Positions 8,418-18,385 are shown, counted from the first letter of the stretch. The stretch: DNA of 64,000 bases from Bdellovibrionales bacterium (GCA_964230645.1 CAXRHT010000001.1:954219-1018218); one strand, 5' to 3'. The notes: a model not told the origin generated them from the letters alone. Program-made: numbers and translations.

Positions 8418-9830
8418 TCACGGCGCAAGAAGGATGAGCTGTCCTTTAAACTCCTCTGGGCCCTCCCCCTCATAAGATATTTCATAAGGAAGAAGCAATC
8501 GACCCTCTGGAACTTTACTGCGAGGAAAGCTTAAAAAAACATGGACCCAAACCGCTTGGCCAGGACTAATACTTTGGGCCATCGTCGGAGAGACCACTTG
8601 GATGTCTGCTTCGTCCACCTTTATTTCCCTGATTATTAACACCTGGTTGGTTTGGTTGGTCAAATGCACTCGAAAGTGGTTCACTATTTGGGTCTTTTCT
8701 TGGTTGGCAAACTGATAGGGGGATTCAATCGCCCGAACGACTTCAACTTCTAAGGACTCTCGTTGCGTTAGGCCTAATACAGCTCCTAGGAATAACGCCA
8801 GCAGAATCAACAGGTAAGAGATATTTCTAAAGGTAAAATAGTTCTTTTTACTTCCTTGAATTTCTGCCTCAGAGGCATAACGAATAAGCCCTTGGGGCTT
8901 GTTCACTTTGAGCATGATCTCATCGCAAGCATCCGCGCAAGCCGTACAGGCGATGCACTCCATCTGGAGGCCCTCCCTAATGTCAATTCCCGTTGGGCAG
9001 ACGTTTACGCATCGAAGACAGTTGATACAGTCCCCCTGGCTTTCTTTTGGTAGGCCTTTTTGCCGCCTTGGCTCCCCTCTTTTATGGTCGTAAAGGATGG
9101 CCATCGAATTGTCATCCATAAGGGCTGACTGGAGTCGACCATAAGGACAGGCAATTAAGCAGAATTGCTCTCTAAACCAACCAAAGTTGAGAAGTAAAAC
9201 AGCGGTAACCACCTGCACCGCCACAAAGAGTGACCAATTTTCGGAAGGAGCGTTTAAGGTAATGTTTAAGAGTTGCTTCGATCCAACGAAATAGGCAAAT
9301 GCCGAGTGAGTGATATGGGAGCTAGCGAGAAAAAAGAGAACCCACTTGATCGCCTTCCAGAAAAGAATTCTCGGTGTCCAATCCACTTTTTCAAGACGTC
9401 TTCTTTGAATGGCTTTACCTTCCGTCCACTCTTCTATGCGACGATAGATGAAATCGATAAACACAGTTTGAGGACAAGCCCATCCACACCAAACTCTCCC
9501 CCATACAGCCGTCATAAAAATAATGGAAAAGGCGGCGATAGCGAGGAGAAAAAAGACTAGAGGAGCGTCATGGGCGAAAAAAAGATTATCGAAAAACAGA
9601 AAGCGTCTTCTTGAAATATCTAAGAAGATGGTTTGCCGTCCATTAAACGTGGTCCATGGTACCACTAAAAATAAAATGATTAAAAAACCATAAACGAGAT
9701 TACGACGCTTTCGAAAGTACCCCGAAACCTCGGCTGGAATTATAAATAATCGGCGACCTGTTTGATCCAAACTGGGAGGCCGATCAGGAGCCACAAGAAA
9801 TTTTTCGTAGTCCTCTTTATTATTGCTCAT
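8418..9830 (-). CDS. ccoG: cbb3 oxidase accessory protein CcoG (FixG)
   Basis: GRVWCGWACPQTV, FREQFCLIACPYGRLQ, CINCLRCVNVCPTGIDIR, CIACTACADAC. Confidence 0.95.
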   Translation of the reverse strand: MSNNKEDYEKFLVAPDRPPSLDQTGRRLFIIPAEVSGYFRKRRNLVYGFLIILFLVVPWTTFNGRQTIFLDISRRRFLFFDNLFFAHDAPLVFFLLAIAAFSIIFMTAVWGRVWCGWACPQTVFIDFIYRRIEEWTEGKAIQRRRLEKVDWTPRILFWKAIKWVLFFLASSHITHSAFAYFVGSKQLLNITLNAPSENWSLFVAVQVVTAVLLLNFGWFREQFCLIACPYGRLQSALMDDNSMAILYDHKRGEPRRQKGLPKESQGDCINCLRCVNVCPTGIDIREGLQMECIACTACADACDEIMLKVNKPQGLIRYASEAEIQGSKKNYFTFRNISYLLILLALFLGAVLGLTQRESLEVEVVRAIESPYQFANQEKTQIVNHFRVHLTNQTNQVLIIREIKVDEADIQVVSPTMAQSISPGQAVWVHVFLSFPRSKVPEGRLLLPYEISYEGEGPEEFKGQLILLAP

Positions 9831-10414
9831 TCCACTTTTTCACCTTGAGGGGCTTTGGCTCCCGCAGGATTAGTCCCCTGAAGACTTTTTACGTAGGCAG
9901 CAATCAAAGGTTTTTTGTCGTTGGGAATTAAAGTTTCCCAGCCCGGCATCCCCTTAGTGGGAAAACCTTTATTGATGGCTGTCATAATGCTTTCAAACTC
10001 ACCTTTTGAGTGAATCCAAAACTTGTCCGTAAGGTTTGGTCCGATCAAACCCTGGCCTTTATCGCCATGGCAAGAAGCACAGAATTGAGCAAAGTTTTTC
10101 TGCCCTTCTTGTAGCATCTCAGGGCTATTTAAAATCGTCTCAAGACTAAGATCTTTCACAGCTGCAGCCGCAGTTTTCGCCTGAGTCGCTCTTTGATGTT
10201 TGATCCGAGCCATCTTTAACTCCAAAGCCTCGTCCGAGGAAAGCCCGCCTCCTCCCAACTCGTAGTGAATAAAATAAAGGAAGGCAAAGATCATAGTGAA
10301 AAAGAAAGTCCATAGCCACCAGTTTGGTAGAGGATTATCCAATTCCTTGATGCCATCGTACTCGTGACCTTCTACAAGTTTTTCATTTAATATCTCATCT
10401 TTTTTATCGCTCAT
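9827..10414 (-). CDS. ccoP: cbb3 oxidase subunit III, monoheme
   Basis: HEYDGIKELDNPLPNWW, single CASCH, GPNLTDKFW, KGMPGW; start taken at ATG 10414. Confidence 0.92.
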   Translation of the reverse strand: MSDKKDEILNEKLVEGHEYDGIKELDNPLPNWWLWTFFFTMIFAFLYFIHYELGGGGLSSDEALELKMARIKHQRATQAKTAAAAVKDLSLETILNSPEMLQEGQKNFAQFCASCHGDKGQGLIGPNLTDKFWIHSKGEFESIMTAINKGFPTKGMPGWETLIPNDKKPLIAAYVKSLQGTNPAGAKAPQGEKVE

Positions 10415-10592
10415 GAGAACCTCGCAATTCATCAGACTCTAAGGGCAGCATTTGTAAGTTTTGGTAAATATGGCGTCGAGACTTTAAGTTCACCCAAATG
10501 AGGACCCCCAAAAAGCAGACGAAGAACAACAAGAAGCCAAAAAGCACCAGGTTCGGATAATCGACAAAGTGAGCTAAAGTTTCTTTTTTCAT
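10404..10592 (-). CDS. ccoQ: cbb3 oxidase subunit IV
   Basis: 62 aa, one TM helix, C-terminal MLPLE, between ccoNO and ccoP. Confidence 0.8.
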   Translation of the reverse strand: MKKETLAHFVDYPNLVLFGFLLFFVCFLGVLIWVNLKSRRHIYQNLQMLPLESDELRGSHER

Positions 10593-12757
10593 TTTGCTAC
10601 CTCTTCTTTAACAGGGGTTGGTTTTTTCTCCTTTTGTCCAAGAGCTTGTAAGTAGGCTATTAGAGCAACGATCTCTCTTTGCTCCAAATGTTTATCTTTC
10701 ACACCTTGTTGCCTAAGATCGTTGGCAATCACCTCGGCCTCAGCTTCGGCAAACCGGTCGGCTTCCGCCACGACGTTATCCTCATAGGGTACTCCGAGCT
10801 TTTTCATCACAGAGAGTTTTCTTCTTAGCCCGTAGAAGTCAGTTTTACCGGTAAGAAGCCACATATAGTTAGGCATAATGGATTGAGATATTACATCTCT
10901 TGGATTGTTCATATGGCGATAGTGCCATAAGTTGGGATATTTCCCTCCCACCCTTGAGAGATCTGGGCCGGTTCTTTTTGATCCCCATTGAAAAGGACGA
11001 TCGTACATGGACTCTTCCACAGTAGAGGCTTTACCAAAGCGTAGAACGTCAAAGGGAAGTTTGCGAATCATCTGAGAGTGACAGGTGTAGCACCCTTCCC
11101 GGATATAAATATCCCGTCCTGCTAGTTCTAGTGGTGTATAAGGAGCTACAATTTTTTGTGGATCAACATAGCTCTTCATTGAAAGAATGGGCATGATCTC
11201 TATGACCGATCCCACCGCAATGGCCATAAAAGAAAGGACACTAAAAGTGAAGGCTAAACCTTCTAGCTTCCTGTGAGAGGTTTCATATTCAGGTCCTTTT
11301 TCCCGTGGCTGTAAAGGTTTACTCACGGGCGTGTCCTTAGCTTTTGCCCCTTCAGCCGTCATCGTTTTATAAAGGTTATAAAGCATAATGAAAGCACCAA
11401 GAATAAAGAGGAAGCCTCCGAAAGCTCTCACCCAATAAAGAGGGACAATACGAGTTACAGTCTCAACAAAATCAGGATAGACAAGGTTTCCTGTTTCGTC
11501 GATTGCCATCCACATAAGACCTTGGGTGATTCCTGCCGCCCACATGGAAATGTAGTAAGTGAGTATTCCTGTAAGACCAATCCAGAAGTGCATATTGGCT
11601 AGTTTATCGGAGTAAAGCTTGGTTCCGAAAAGACGAGGAATGAGATAATAGATCATTCCAAAAGTTAAAAAGCCGTTCCACCCCAAGGCCCCTCCATGGA
11701 CGTGAGCAATAATCCAATCGGTGTAATGACCAAGGGAACTGACCGACTTTATTGATAATAAGGGGCCTTCGAAAGTCGCCATTCCGTAAAAGGTCACGGC
11801 AGTCACGAGGAACTTAATCACTGGGTCTGTTCTTAGGAGGTGCCAAGCTCCTCTTAAAGTTAAAATCCCGTTGATCATCCCGCCCCAGCTTGGAGCCCAG
11901 AGCATCACACTAAAAACCATTCCCAGCGTCTGAGCCCAATCGGGAAGCGCTGTATTTAGCAAGTGATGGGGGCCGGCCCATATATAAATAAATATAAGAG
12001 CCCAAAAATGAATGATTGAAAGACGATAAGAATAAACCGGTCGGTTCGCCGCTTTTGGGATATAGTAATACATCAATCCCAAAAAGGGAGTTGTTAAGAA
12101 AAACGCCACGGCGTTGTGCCCATACCACCACTGAACCAAGGCATCTTGAATTCCGGCGTACACGGGATAACTTTGCAAATATCCTACAGGAATTTCAATA
12201 GAATTAAAGATATGGAGAACCGCCACGGTGATGATGGTCGCGATATAAAACCATATTGCCACGTACATATGTTTTTCGCGACGATTCTTTAAGGTCATGA
12301 AAAAGTTGAGCGCAAATAAAACCCAAATTAGAGCTATAGCGATATCTAGGGGCCACTCGAGCTCAGCATACTCTTTACTCTGTGAAAAACCGAGGGGAAG
12401 CGTAATTGCAGCACCAACAATGATGGCCTGCCATCCCCAGAAGTGAATTTTACTAAGCGTATCGGAGTACATTCGCGTTTTACAAAGACGTTGAGTGGAG
12501 TGATAGATACCTGCAAAAATAGCATTCCCAGCAAACGCAAAAATAGCGGCATTGGTATGTAGGGGACGAAGCCTTCCGAAGGTTAGCCACTCCATATTAA
12601 AGTTAAACTTCCAATAGGCTAGCTGTAAGGCGATCCATATACCCAAGGTAAAGGCCACAATACCCCAGCCTGTCGTTGCGTAAAGGAAATAACGAACGAT
12701 TTTGTCATCGTAGAACTCCTTTACCGAAACATTGTTTGTTTTACTTTTTTCTTCCAT
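10589..12757 (-). CDS. ccoN: Fused cbb3 oxidase subunits I/II (CcoNO)
   Basis: FGRLRPLHTN, QWWYGHNAV, WAGPHHL, HVH; C-terminal CcoO GCYTCHSQMIR, WGSKRTGPDL; GAGGAG RBS before ATG 12757. Confidence 0.96.
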   Translation of the reverse strand: MEEKSKTNNVSVKEFYDDKIVRYFLYATTGWGIVAFTLGIWIALQLAYWKFNFNMEWLTFGRLRPLHTNAAIFAFAGNAIFAGIYHSTQRLCKTRMYSDTLSKIHFWGWQAIIVGAAITLPLGFSQSKEYAELEWPLDIAIALIWVLFALNFFMTLKNRREKHMYVAIWFYIATIITVAVLHIFNSIEIPVGYLQSYPVYAGIQDALVQWWYGHNAVAFFLTTPFLGLMYYYIPKAANRPVYSYRLSIIHFWALIFIYIWAGPHHLLNTALPDWAQTLGMVFSVMLWAPSWGGMINGILTLRGAWHLLRTDPVIKFLVTAVTFYGMATFEGPLLSIKSVSSLGHYTDWIIAHVHGGALGWNGFLTFGMIYYLIPRLFGTKLYSDKLANMHFWIGLTGILTYYISMWAAGITQGLMWMAIDETGNLVYPDFVETVTRIVPLYWVRAFGGFLFILGAFIMLYNLYKTMTAEGAKAKDTPVSKPLQPREKGPEYETSHRKLEGLAFTFSVLSFMAIAVGSVIEIMPILSMKSYVDPQKIVAPYTPLELAGRDIYIREGCYTCHSQMIRKLPFDVLRFGKASTVEESMYDRPFQWGSKRTGPDLSRVGGKYPNLWHYRHMNNPRDVISQSIMPNYMWLLTGKTDFYGLRRKLSVMKKLGVPYEDNVVAEADRFAEAEAEVIANDLRQQGVKDKHLEQREIVALIAYLQALGQKEKKPTPVKEEVAK

Positions 12758-12953
12758 CTTCTGGCTCCTCACGAACTAGCGGTAAAACTTTCTTTTTTTG
12801 AATTTCAGAATCTTCTTCGTCATCAGATAAAGGTGAGTGTTTGGGGGTCTCTAGGTCCTCAAACTGATTGTCTTTTGTTGCCATTACAAACAAAACGATA
12901 AATAAAGTCACAAGAGTCACGGTAACAGGAATGGTGAGAACTAAGATTAACAA
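12741..12953 (-). CDS. ccoS: cbb3 oxidase assembly protein CcoS
   Basis: TM helix then QFEDLETP; between ccoI and ccoN. Confidence 0.85.
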   Translation of the reverse strand: MLILVLTIPVTVTLVTLFIVLFVMATKDNQFEDLETPKHSPLSDDEEDSEIQKKKVLPLVREEPEDGRKK

Positions 12954-15055
12954 CTCTTCTCCCCTTTCTTTTGTATATTTAAATAAGTCAGTAAAACTAC
13001 TGTCAGGGAGCTTAAGGGCATAAGTATGACGGCTACCAAGGGACTGATCAGGCCTAGAAGAGCAAAGACGGCAAAGCTAAGATTATAAAGAAAGGATAAA
13101 AAAAGATTTATCCAAATGGTCTGCACACAAACTCTTGAAAGAGTAAACATTTTAAAAAGTGGTTTGAGACTTTTTTCTAGCAGGTGAATACTAGAAGTTT
13201 TAAAAGTGACTTCCGCAGAAGAGTAGATAGAAACTGATACGTCCGCCTGTCTCATAGCCAGAGCATCATTGACTCCGTCTCCTACGAATAAAACCTTTTC
13301 CCCACGTTTCTGTAAGGCTTTTACGAGCTCTGTCTTTTGCTCAGGAGTTTTATTTGCAACAATCTCATGGTCTTTAAAACCAAGTTGCGCCCCCACCTTA
13401 TAAGCGACCTCGTTACTATCTCCCGTTAGTAAAAATAACTCTTTGTTGCTTTTTCGAAGCTCAGAGAGAACTTTAACGGAGTCTTCTTTAACCTCATCAC
13501 TCAGAATTGCACTCAGCCAGATTTCATTGTTTTTTAAGATCTCAACTTTTTTCTTATTAGAATCAAATCCATTGCGTATTTGATAAAGATCTCCACTGTA
13601 TTCTCCCCTAACTCCCGATCCAGCGATTTCACAAAGATCTTGCATAGGGAGGACGGCAACCTCTCCAATGGCGCGCTTTAAACTGATCGCAACGGGATGT
13701 TCGCTATTCTGCTCAAGGGATGAAATTATTTGTTTTTGCAGTGAACTCGGCTCACCCATAGGCCAACTTTCGATTTTAAATTCCCCCTGGGTCAGCGTTC
13801 CTGTTTTATCAAAAACAACAGTGGTAACTGCCTGTAGATTTTCTAGCGCGTCCACATTTTTAAAAAGAAAACCCTGCTTAAGACCCTTTCTCACACTGAG
13901 GCTATGAGCCAGTGGTGTCGCTATGGCTAGAGCACAAGGACAGGCAATCACGAGGAGAGCTAGTATTCGATCCAATCCATTAGGGATATCGAATATTGCA
14001 AAAAATAGATAAGAAGCCACAGCTATGGCAATAATCGCCAAGGTTAAAAATTGAGCGCCGCGATCGGCCAAAAGTTCCTTCTGACTCTCGACCGATAATC
14101 CTTTGTTGATCTTCTCTAAAAGGGCTGTCACTCGCGAACTCTGAACAGGCTCGAGCACACTTAAATAGGCTTTTGAGGAAATAAGTTTGGAGCCAGCATA
14201 CACCCGCCCCCGACGTTGAATCTGAACGGGAAAGGACTCCCCTGTGATGATCGAATTATCAATTTCAACTCTCTCAGAAAGTATTTCCGAATCCGTGGGA
14301 ATAAATTCATTGCGTCTTAACAAGATTTGATCCCCGAATTGAAGATTTGCAATAGCAGTCTCAACCCACTCGCCCCCTTTTTCCCGGAGGACAGTGTTTT
14401 GGTTAAAAAAGTCACTCAGATCCACGGGGGTTAAATACTTCTCTTGGAGACGAAATATTATGTAACGGGAGGCAAGCAGAAAAAAAACGAACATGGAAAG
14501 AGAGTCGAAGTAAATCTCATTTTTCCCGACAAGAAGGTTTTTTAAGCTTAAGGAGGCCGCACCTACAATCGCTAAACTGAGCGGAATATCAACGGAGACC
14601 CTTTTTTTAAAAAGGGAGTGGACCGAATTTTTTAAAAGGGGCCAGGCGCTATAAAACAGAACCGGAAGAAAAAGAAGGAAGCTCAGCCAATGAAACAAAA
14701 GTCCCAGTTCCGATTGATCAGCGCCCGCGTAATTCGAAGCCGAAAGCAGCATGATATTCCCAGCACAAGCTCCCGCAATAGCCAGTCGAATTAAAGGAGA
14801 ATGGCTCTTTTTTGAGTCCTTCTCTAAGCGACCGAGCAAACGAGCTTGAAAACCTGCCTTTTCAATGTTGGCTAGAAAGTCTTGAGGTCGAAAATGCTTA
14901 TTCGCTCTTGTTGAGACACGAGCCTCACTGAGATCCACCTCAAGACTCTCAACTCCTAAAATCCCATCCCCAATAGACTGGATCTTACGGACGCACTTTA
15001 TACAATGCATGCCCTCTACAGAAAAATGCCAATATTTTGAGGCCTCTATCTCCAC
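12947..15055 (-). CDS. ccoI: P1B-type copper ATPase (CcoI/FixI)
   Basis: HMA GMHCIKC, GNIMLLS, YFDS, TGES, CPC, DKTGT, GDGVND; cco context. Confidence 0.9.
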   Translation of the reverse strand: MEIEASKYWHFSVEGMHCIKCVRKIQSIGDGILGVESLEVDLSEARVSTRANKHFRPQDFLANIEKAGFQARLLGRLEKDSKKSHSPLIRLAIAGACAGNIMLLSASNYAGADQSELGLLFHWLSFLLFLPVLFYSAWPLLKNSVHSLFKKRVSVDIPLSLAIVGAASLSLKNLLVGKNEIYFDSLSMFVFFLLASRYIIFRLQEKYLTPVDLSDFFNQNTVLREKGGEWVETAIANLQFGDQILLRRNEFIPTDSEILSERVEIDNSIITGESFPVQIQRRGRVYAGSKLISSKAYLSVLEPVQSSRVTALLEKINKGLSVESQKELLADRGAQFLTLAIIAIAVASYLFFAIFDIPNGLDRILALLVIACPCALAIATPLAHSLSVRKGLKQGFLFKNVDALENLQAVTTVVFDKTGTLTQGEFKIESWPMGEPSSLQKQIISSLEQNSEHPVAISLKRAIGEVAVLPMQDLCEIAGSGVRGEYSGDLYQIRNGFDSNKKKVEILKNNEIWLSAILSDEVKEDSVKVLSELRKSNKELFLLTGDSNEVAYKVGAQLGFKDHEIVANKTPEQKTELVKALQKRGEKVLFVGDGVNDALAMRQADVSVSIYSSAEVTFKTSSIHLLEKSLKPLFKMFTLSRVCVQTIWINLFLSFLYNLSFAVFALLGLISPLVAVILMPLSSLTVVLLTYLNIQKKGEKSC

Positions 15056-15070
15056 CGAAGTACTCTCACT

Positions 15071-15175
15071 TTACCGCTTTAGTTTCGTTTGACCAAAATG
15101 CTTACGGCAAAAAAAGTAGACCACCACTGGGGGGAGAGTGATTCCAAAAAAAGCAAGAGCACACATAGGACACAT
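15071..15175 (-). CDS. Unannotated 34-aa CxxC membrane peptide MCPMCALAFFGITLPPVVVYFFCRKHFGQTKLKR
   Basis: AAGGAGG RBS 5 nt before ATG; TAA 15 nt upstream of ccoI start; hydrophobic core and basic tail. Confidence 0.7.
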   Translation of the reverse strand: MCPMCALAFFGITLPPVVVYFFCRKHFGQTKLKR

Positions 15176-15242
15176 AAAATCCTCCTTCCTATACCTTTTG
15201 TTATAAGGCACAGGTAAAAGGAAAAAAATGTGATCAGATAGG

Positions 15243-15270
15243 TGAAAACCTGATAAAAATCAGGTTTTCA
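15243..15270 (-). promoter_or_regulatory. FNR-type operator within a perfect 12-bp inverted repeat
   Basis: TGAAAACCTGAT-AAAA-ATCAGGTTTTCA upstream of the cco operon. Confidence 0.75.
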
Positions 15271-15330
15271 TGGACAGTTTCAATTCGGAATTTTCACTGG
15301 GAGCAAGAAAGCCCCCTGCTGAGGGTGCAG

Positions 15331-16350
15331 CTAGAGCTGCTCAGGTTCTTTGATTAGAGGCTTTTTACCTGTAAGAGCCGTTAAAAAAGCCTTTATAGAG
15401 CTGACCTGTTCATCACTGAGATCCTTATCAAGCTGCAGCTTACCCATAACTCGAATAGCGGTTTCTAAATCCTCGACCGCCCCGTTATGAAAGTAAGGTC
15501 CCGTCACAGCCACATTTCTTAAAGTGGGCACTCGCCACATATGTTGATGCCCTTCTTCACCGGTGGCTTCAAAGCGCCCTTTGTCTTTTTTGAAACCGTA
15601 CTTCTTCTCCAACTCTTCATTGGGATAAGTAGGAAACTTCATGTAAAAACCCGTTCCAACGGGTAGGTTAGGTCCAGCGAAATGATCGCCCGAGTGACAA
15701 GCCACACAACCGACTTCTTGAAAAGTCTCGAGACCTTTTTGAGCCTCTTTTGACATGCTTTTACTATCGTAAGGGGTATCAAGTGTGGTCAGAGTTTCCT
15801 CAAAGGCCGCAATGGCTCCCACTGCATTTTCTAAATTAATGGGATCACCCTCGTAATCAGGGTAGGCTTCTTTAAAAAGCTTTTTATACTCATCCACCTC
15901 TTTGAGTCGGGCAATAGCGGCATCGTGTCCGGTCATACCCATTTCCACAGGATTGATGATGGGTCCCTTAGCCTGCTCGGCTAGATCTTTAGCTCGGCCA
16001 TCCCAAAATTGTACAGAGAGAAACTTAGCATTCCAAACGGTCGGAGAATTTCTTCCCCCTTTTTGGGCATTAATGCCCTCGGCCACTGGTGTGTCCATAG
16101 CTCCGTTGCCACGATTAGTAATATCATGACAACTGTTACAGGAAAGAGAGCGGTCCTCAGAAAATCTTGTTTCGAAATAAAGATGGTAACCGAGCTTTTC
16201 TTTAGGGGAGGAGGCTTTCCAGACTTCCCCGTTAGAGGCAATTTCTTCACCTCCTTTTTTATCAGAATCACTCTGATTTCGAGTGCACGAGGCGACAATA
16301 ATCATTAGAGAAATAAAAAGTAAGTGTTTCAAAACATCTCCTTTGCACAA
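15331..16350 (-). CDS. Di-heme cytochrome c peroxidase (lipoprotein)
   Basis: CNSCH, RNSPTVWN, QFWDGRA, NPVEM, CVACH, VPTLRNV..TGPYFHNG. Confidence 0.93.
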   Translation of the reverse strand: MCKGDVLKHLLFISLMIIVASCTRNQSDSDKKGGEEIASNGEVWKASSPKEKLGYHLYFETRFSEDRSLSCNSCHDITNRGNGAMDTPVAEGINAQKGGRNSPTVWNAKFLSVQFWDGRAKDLAEQAKGPIINPVEMGMTGHDAAIARLKEVDEYKKLFKEAYPDYEGDPINLENAVGAIAAFEETLTTLDTPYDSKSMSKEAQKGLETFQEVGCVACHSGDHFAGPNLPVGTGFYMKFPTYPNEELEKKYGFKKDKGRFEATGEEGHQHMWRVPTLRNVAVTGPYFHNGAVEDLETAIRVMGKLQLDKDLSDEQVSSIKAFLTALTGKKPLIKEPEQL

Positions 16351-16542
16351 ATTGGATTTTCCTAATCATACATCAACAAGAAAGCTTGTCACCTATGTGA
16401 CAACTTATTGAAAACCAATTTCGATTCGTTGCCTAGCAAATAGGAGTACAAGTATTTTATGAACAAATTTAAAAAAAAATTGCAGCGAACTTACGAGCTA
16501 ATTCTTTAGGTCTTTTATAGATTGGGAAAAGCTCCTTACCAC

Positions 16543-17088
16543 CTATTTATTGTATTTGCCTCTTGTGGTGAAATGGATTTTCGTCATTTTTTCGAGTTTA
16601 CTGCTTGTAAGACCAGCTTCTCGAGCAACTTCAATCGCTTCTTCGGGTGAGGCTTCTTCGTACTGATGCAGGTAAACTGCCAACCAAGAAGAGGCTCGGT
16701 TTCCTGAGGCGCAATAAACCAAAACTTTGCTGTCTTTATGAAGGTTTACGATTCCTGAAATCTTCTCTACTGATTTTTGGCTTATATTTCGATTGCGAAT
16801 ATAGGGAACATTGTAAAAGTTCACATCATATTTTTTAGCAATATCTCTAGGATTGTAGGGAGAGCTTTTTAGCTCTTCTTGCGAGCGTATGTCCACAATG
16901 GCTGCCACCTTTTGATGCTTCAATAGACCTTCAAGACCCGCTTTTGAAGGAAAACCAGAAATTAGAACCTTTTTTTTGTAGTTATAAACTTTTAGGGTCT
17001 TGGTCTCTTCAACGATTTCTTTTTTGGTAGCGCAGGCTGCAAATATAAGGGGTAAAACAAGTATAAGAAGTAGCGATTTCATGGACAT
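16543..17088 (-). CDS. Lipoprotein with DUF442/PTP-like CX5R domain (putative sulfurtransferase or phosphatase)
   Basis: Lipobox FAAC; IVDIRS..E; VLVYCASGNRA. Confidence 0.7.
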   Translation of the reverse strand: MSMKSLLLILVLPLIFAACATKKEIVEETKTLKVYNYKKKVLISGFPSKAGLEGLLKHQKVAAIVDIRSQEELKSSPYNPRDIAKKYDVNFYNVPYIRNRNISQKSVEKISGIVNLHKDSKVLVYCASGNRASSWLAVYLHQYEEASPEEAIEVAREAGLTSSKLEKMTKIHFTTRGKYNK

Positions 17089-17226
17089 TCTCCTTTAAGC
17101 CTCTATCTTTTCTTCATTCTACTCTCAGGTCAATCCCTAGCTCCTTTTAATAGAAACTGATTATTCCCTGTTTCGATGAAATAGAATGACTCGCCACTTG
17201 CCACGAACCTCCTTTTTGTCTAGTTT

Positions 17227-18294
17227 GTGGACGTGAAACAGAACTTCTACTCGCTCACCTTTTCAGATCTAAGCCACCTTCTTCATCAGAAAGTATTGGG
17301 GTCACAAACAGCGAGTTGGCTTTTCAACTGGCATTATAAGAAAAATCGTAGAGATCTCCTGGAGAATGGTCGACTGTCTCGAAAAGACGCTCAGTTCATC
17401 GAAAATCACTTCGACTTTTCATTACCTACGATCAACCAGGTCCAAAAGGCGCAAGATAAGACCGTGAAGTTTTTGATCGAACTCTCTGATGGTAAAAAGG
17501 TGGAGTCCGTCTTAATTCCATTTCAAGGCAAGTACACTCTGTGTCTCTCCTCCCAGGTCGGGTGCGCCATGAACTGTTCGTTCTGTTTTACAGGAACTCA
17601 AGGTTTTTTCAGAAACCTAAAAAGCTCAGAAATCATCGGTCAATTTTTACTCGCACAGAGTTGGCTCAGTGAAAATCGCCCCGATGACTCCCGCATTCTT
17701 AATGTGGTGTTTATGGGACAGGGGGAGCCTCTTCATAATTTTGAAGCCGTAAAAACATCCGCTGCGATCATGATTTCCCAGCATGGACTGAGTCTCGCTC
17801 CCTATAAAATCACCTTATCCACAGCCGGTTACCTCCCAGGGCTCAAACGCTGGAAGCAGGAAATGCCGGACATCAATATTGCACTTTCGTTACACTCCCC
17901 TTTTGACGATGAACGCTCCGAACTTATACCAATTAACCAACGCTTTCCTTTAAAAGACGTTGTCAAAGCCGTGGATGAAATTCCTTCAGGCCCCAAACGC
18001 TTCGTCACCTATGAATACTTATTGATTGACGACCTCAATGATTCCCCCGACCACGCTCAGGCTTTAGGGGAACTACTAGAAAATAAAAAAGCTTACATTA
18101 ACCTCATTCCCTTTAACCCTTATCCGGGCTCTCACTATAAACGCCCCTCAAAAGAAAAGCTTTTAGCTTTTCGGGGCTACCTTGAAAAATACAAAATACC
18201 GATCACTCTCAGAACAACCAAGGGCGAAGAAATTTTAGCCGCCTGTGGGCAGCTTAAAAGTTCCGAAGCTAGGATGAAAAGACTTTCATCTTAA
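17227..18294 (+). CDS. rlmN: 23S rRNA/tRNA m2A methyltransferase RlmN
   Basis: CLSSQVGCAMNCSFC, FMGQGEPL, NLIPFN, AACGQL. Confidence 0.93.
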   Translation: MDVKQNFYSLTFSDLSHLLHQKVLGSQTASWLFNWHYKKNRRDLLENGRLSRKDAQFIENHFDFSLPTINQVQKAQDKTVKFLIELSDGKKVESVLIPFQGKYTLCLSSQVGCAMNCSFCFTGTQGFFRNLKSSEIIGQFLLAQSWLSENRPDDSRILNVVFMGQGEPLHNFEAVKTSAAIMISQHGLSLAPYKITLSTAGYLPGLKRWKQEMPDINIALSLHSPFDDERSELIPINQRFPLKDVVKAVDEIPSGPKRFVTYEYLLIDDLNDSPDHAQALGELLENKKAYINLIPFNPYPGSHYKRPSKEKLLAFRGYLEKYKIPITLRTTKGEEILAACGQLKSSEARMKRLSS

Positions 18295-18385
18295 TTTACT
18301 GTAAACTTTACCCAGCAAACCCACTCAAATGGCCTTTTTCTTGCGCCTTTCATACACTTGCATTTGTCTCAAGAGGGGGGACTCA

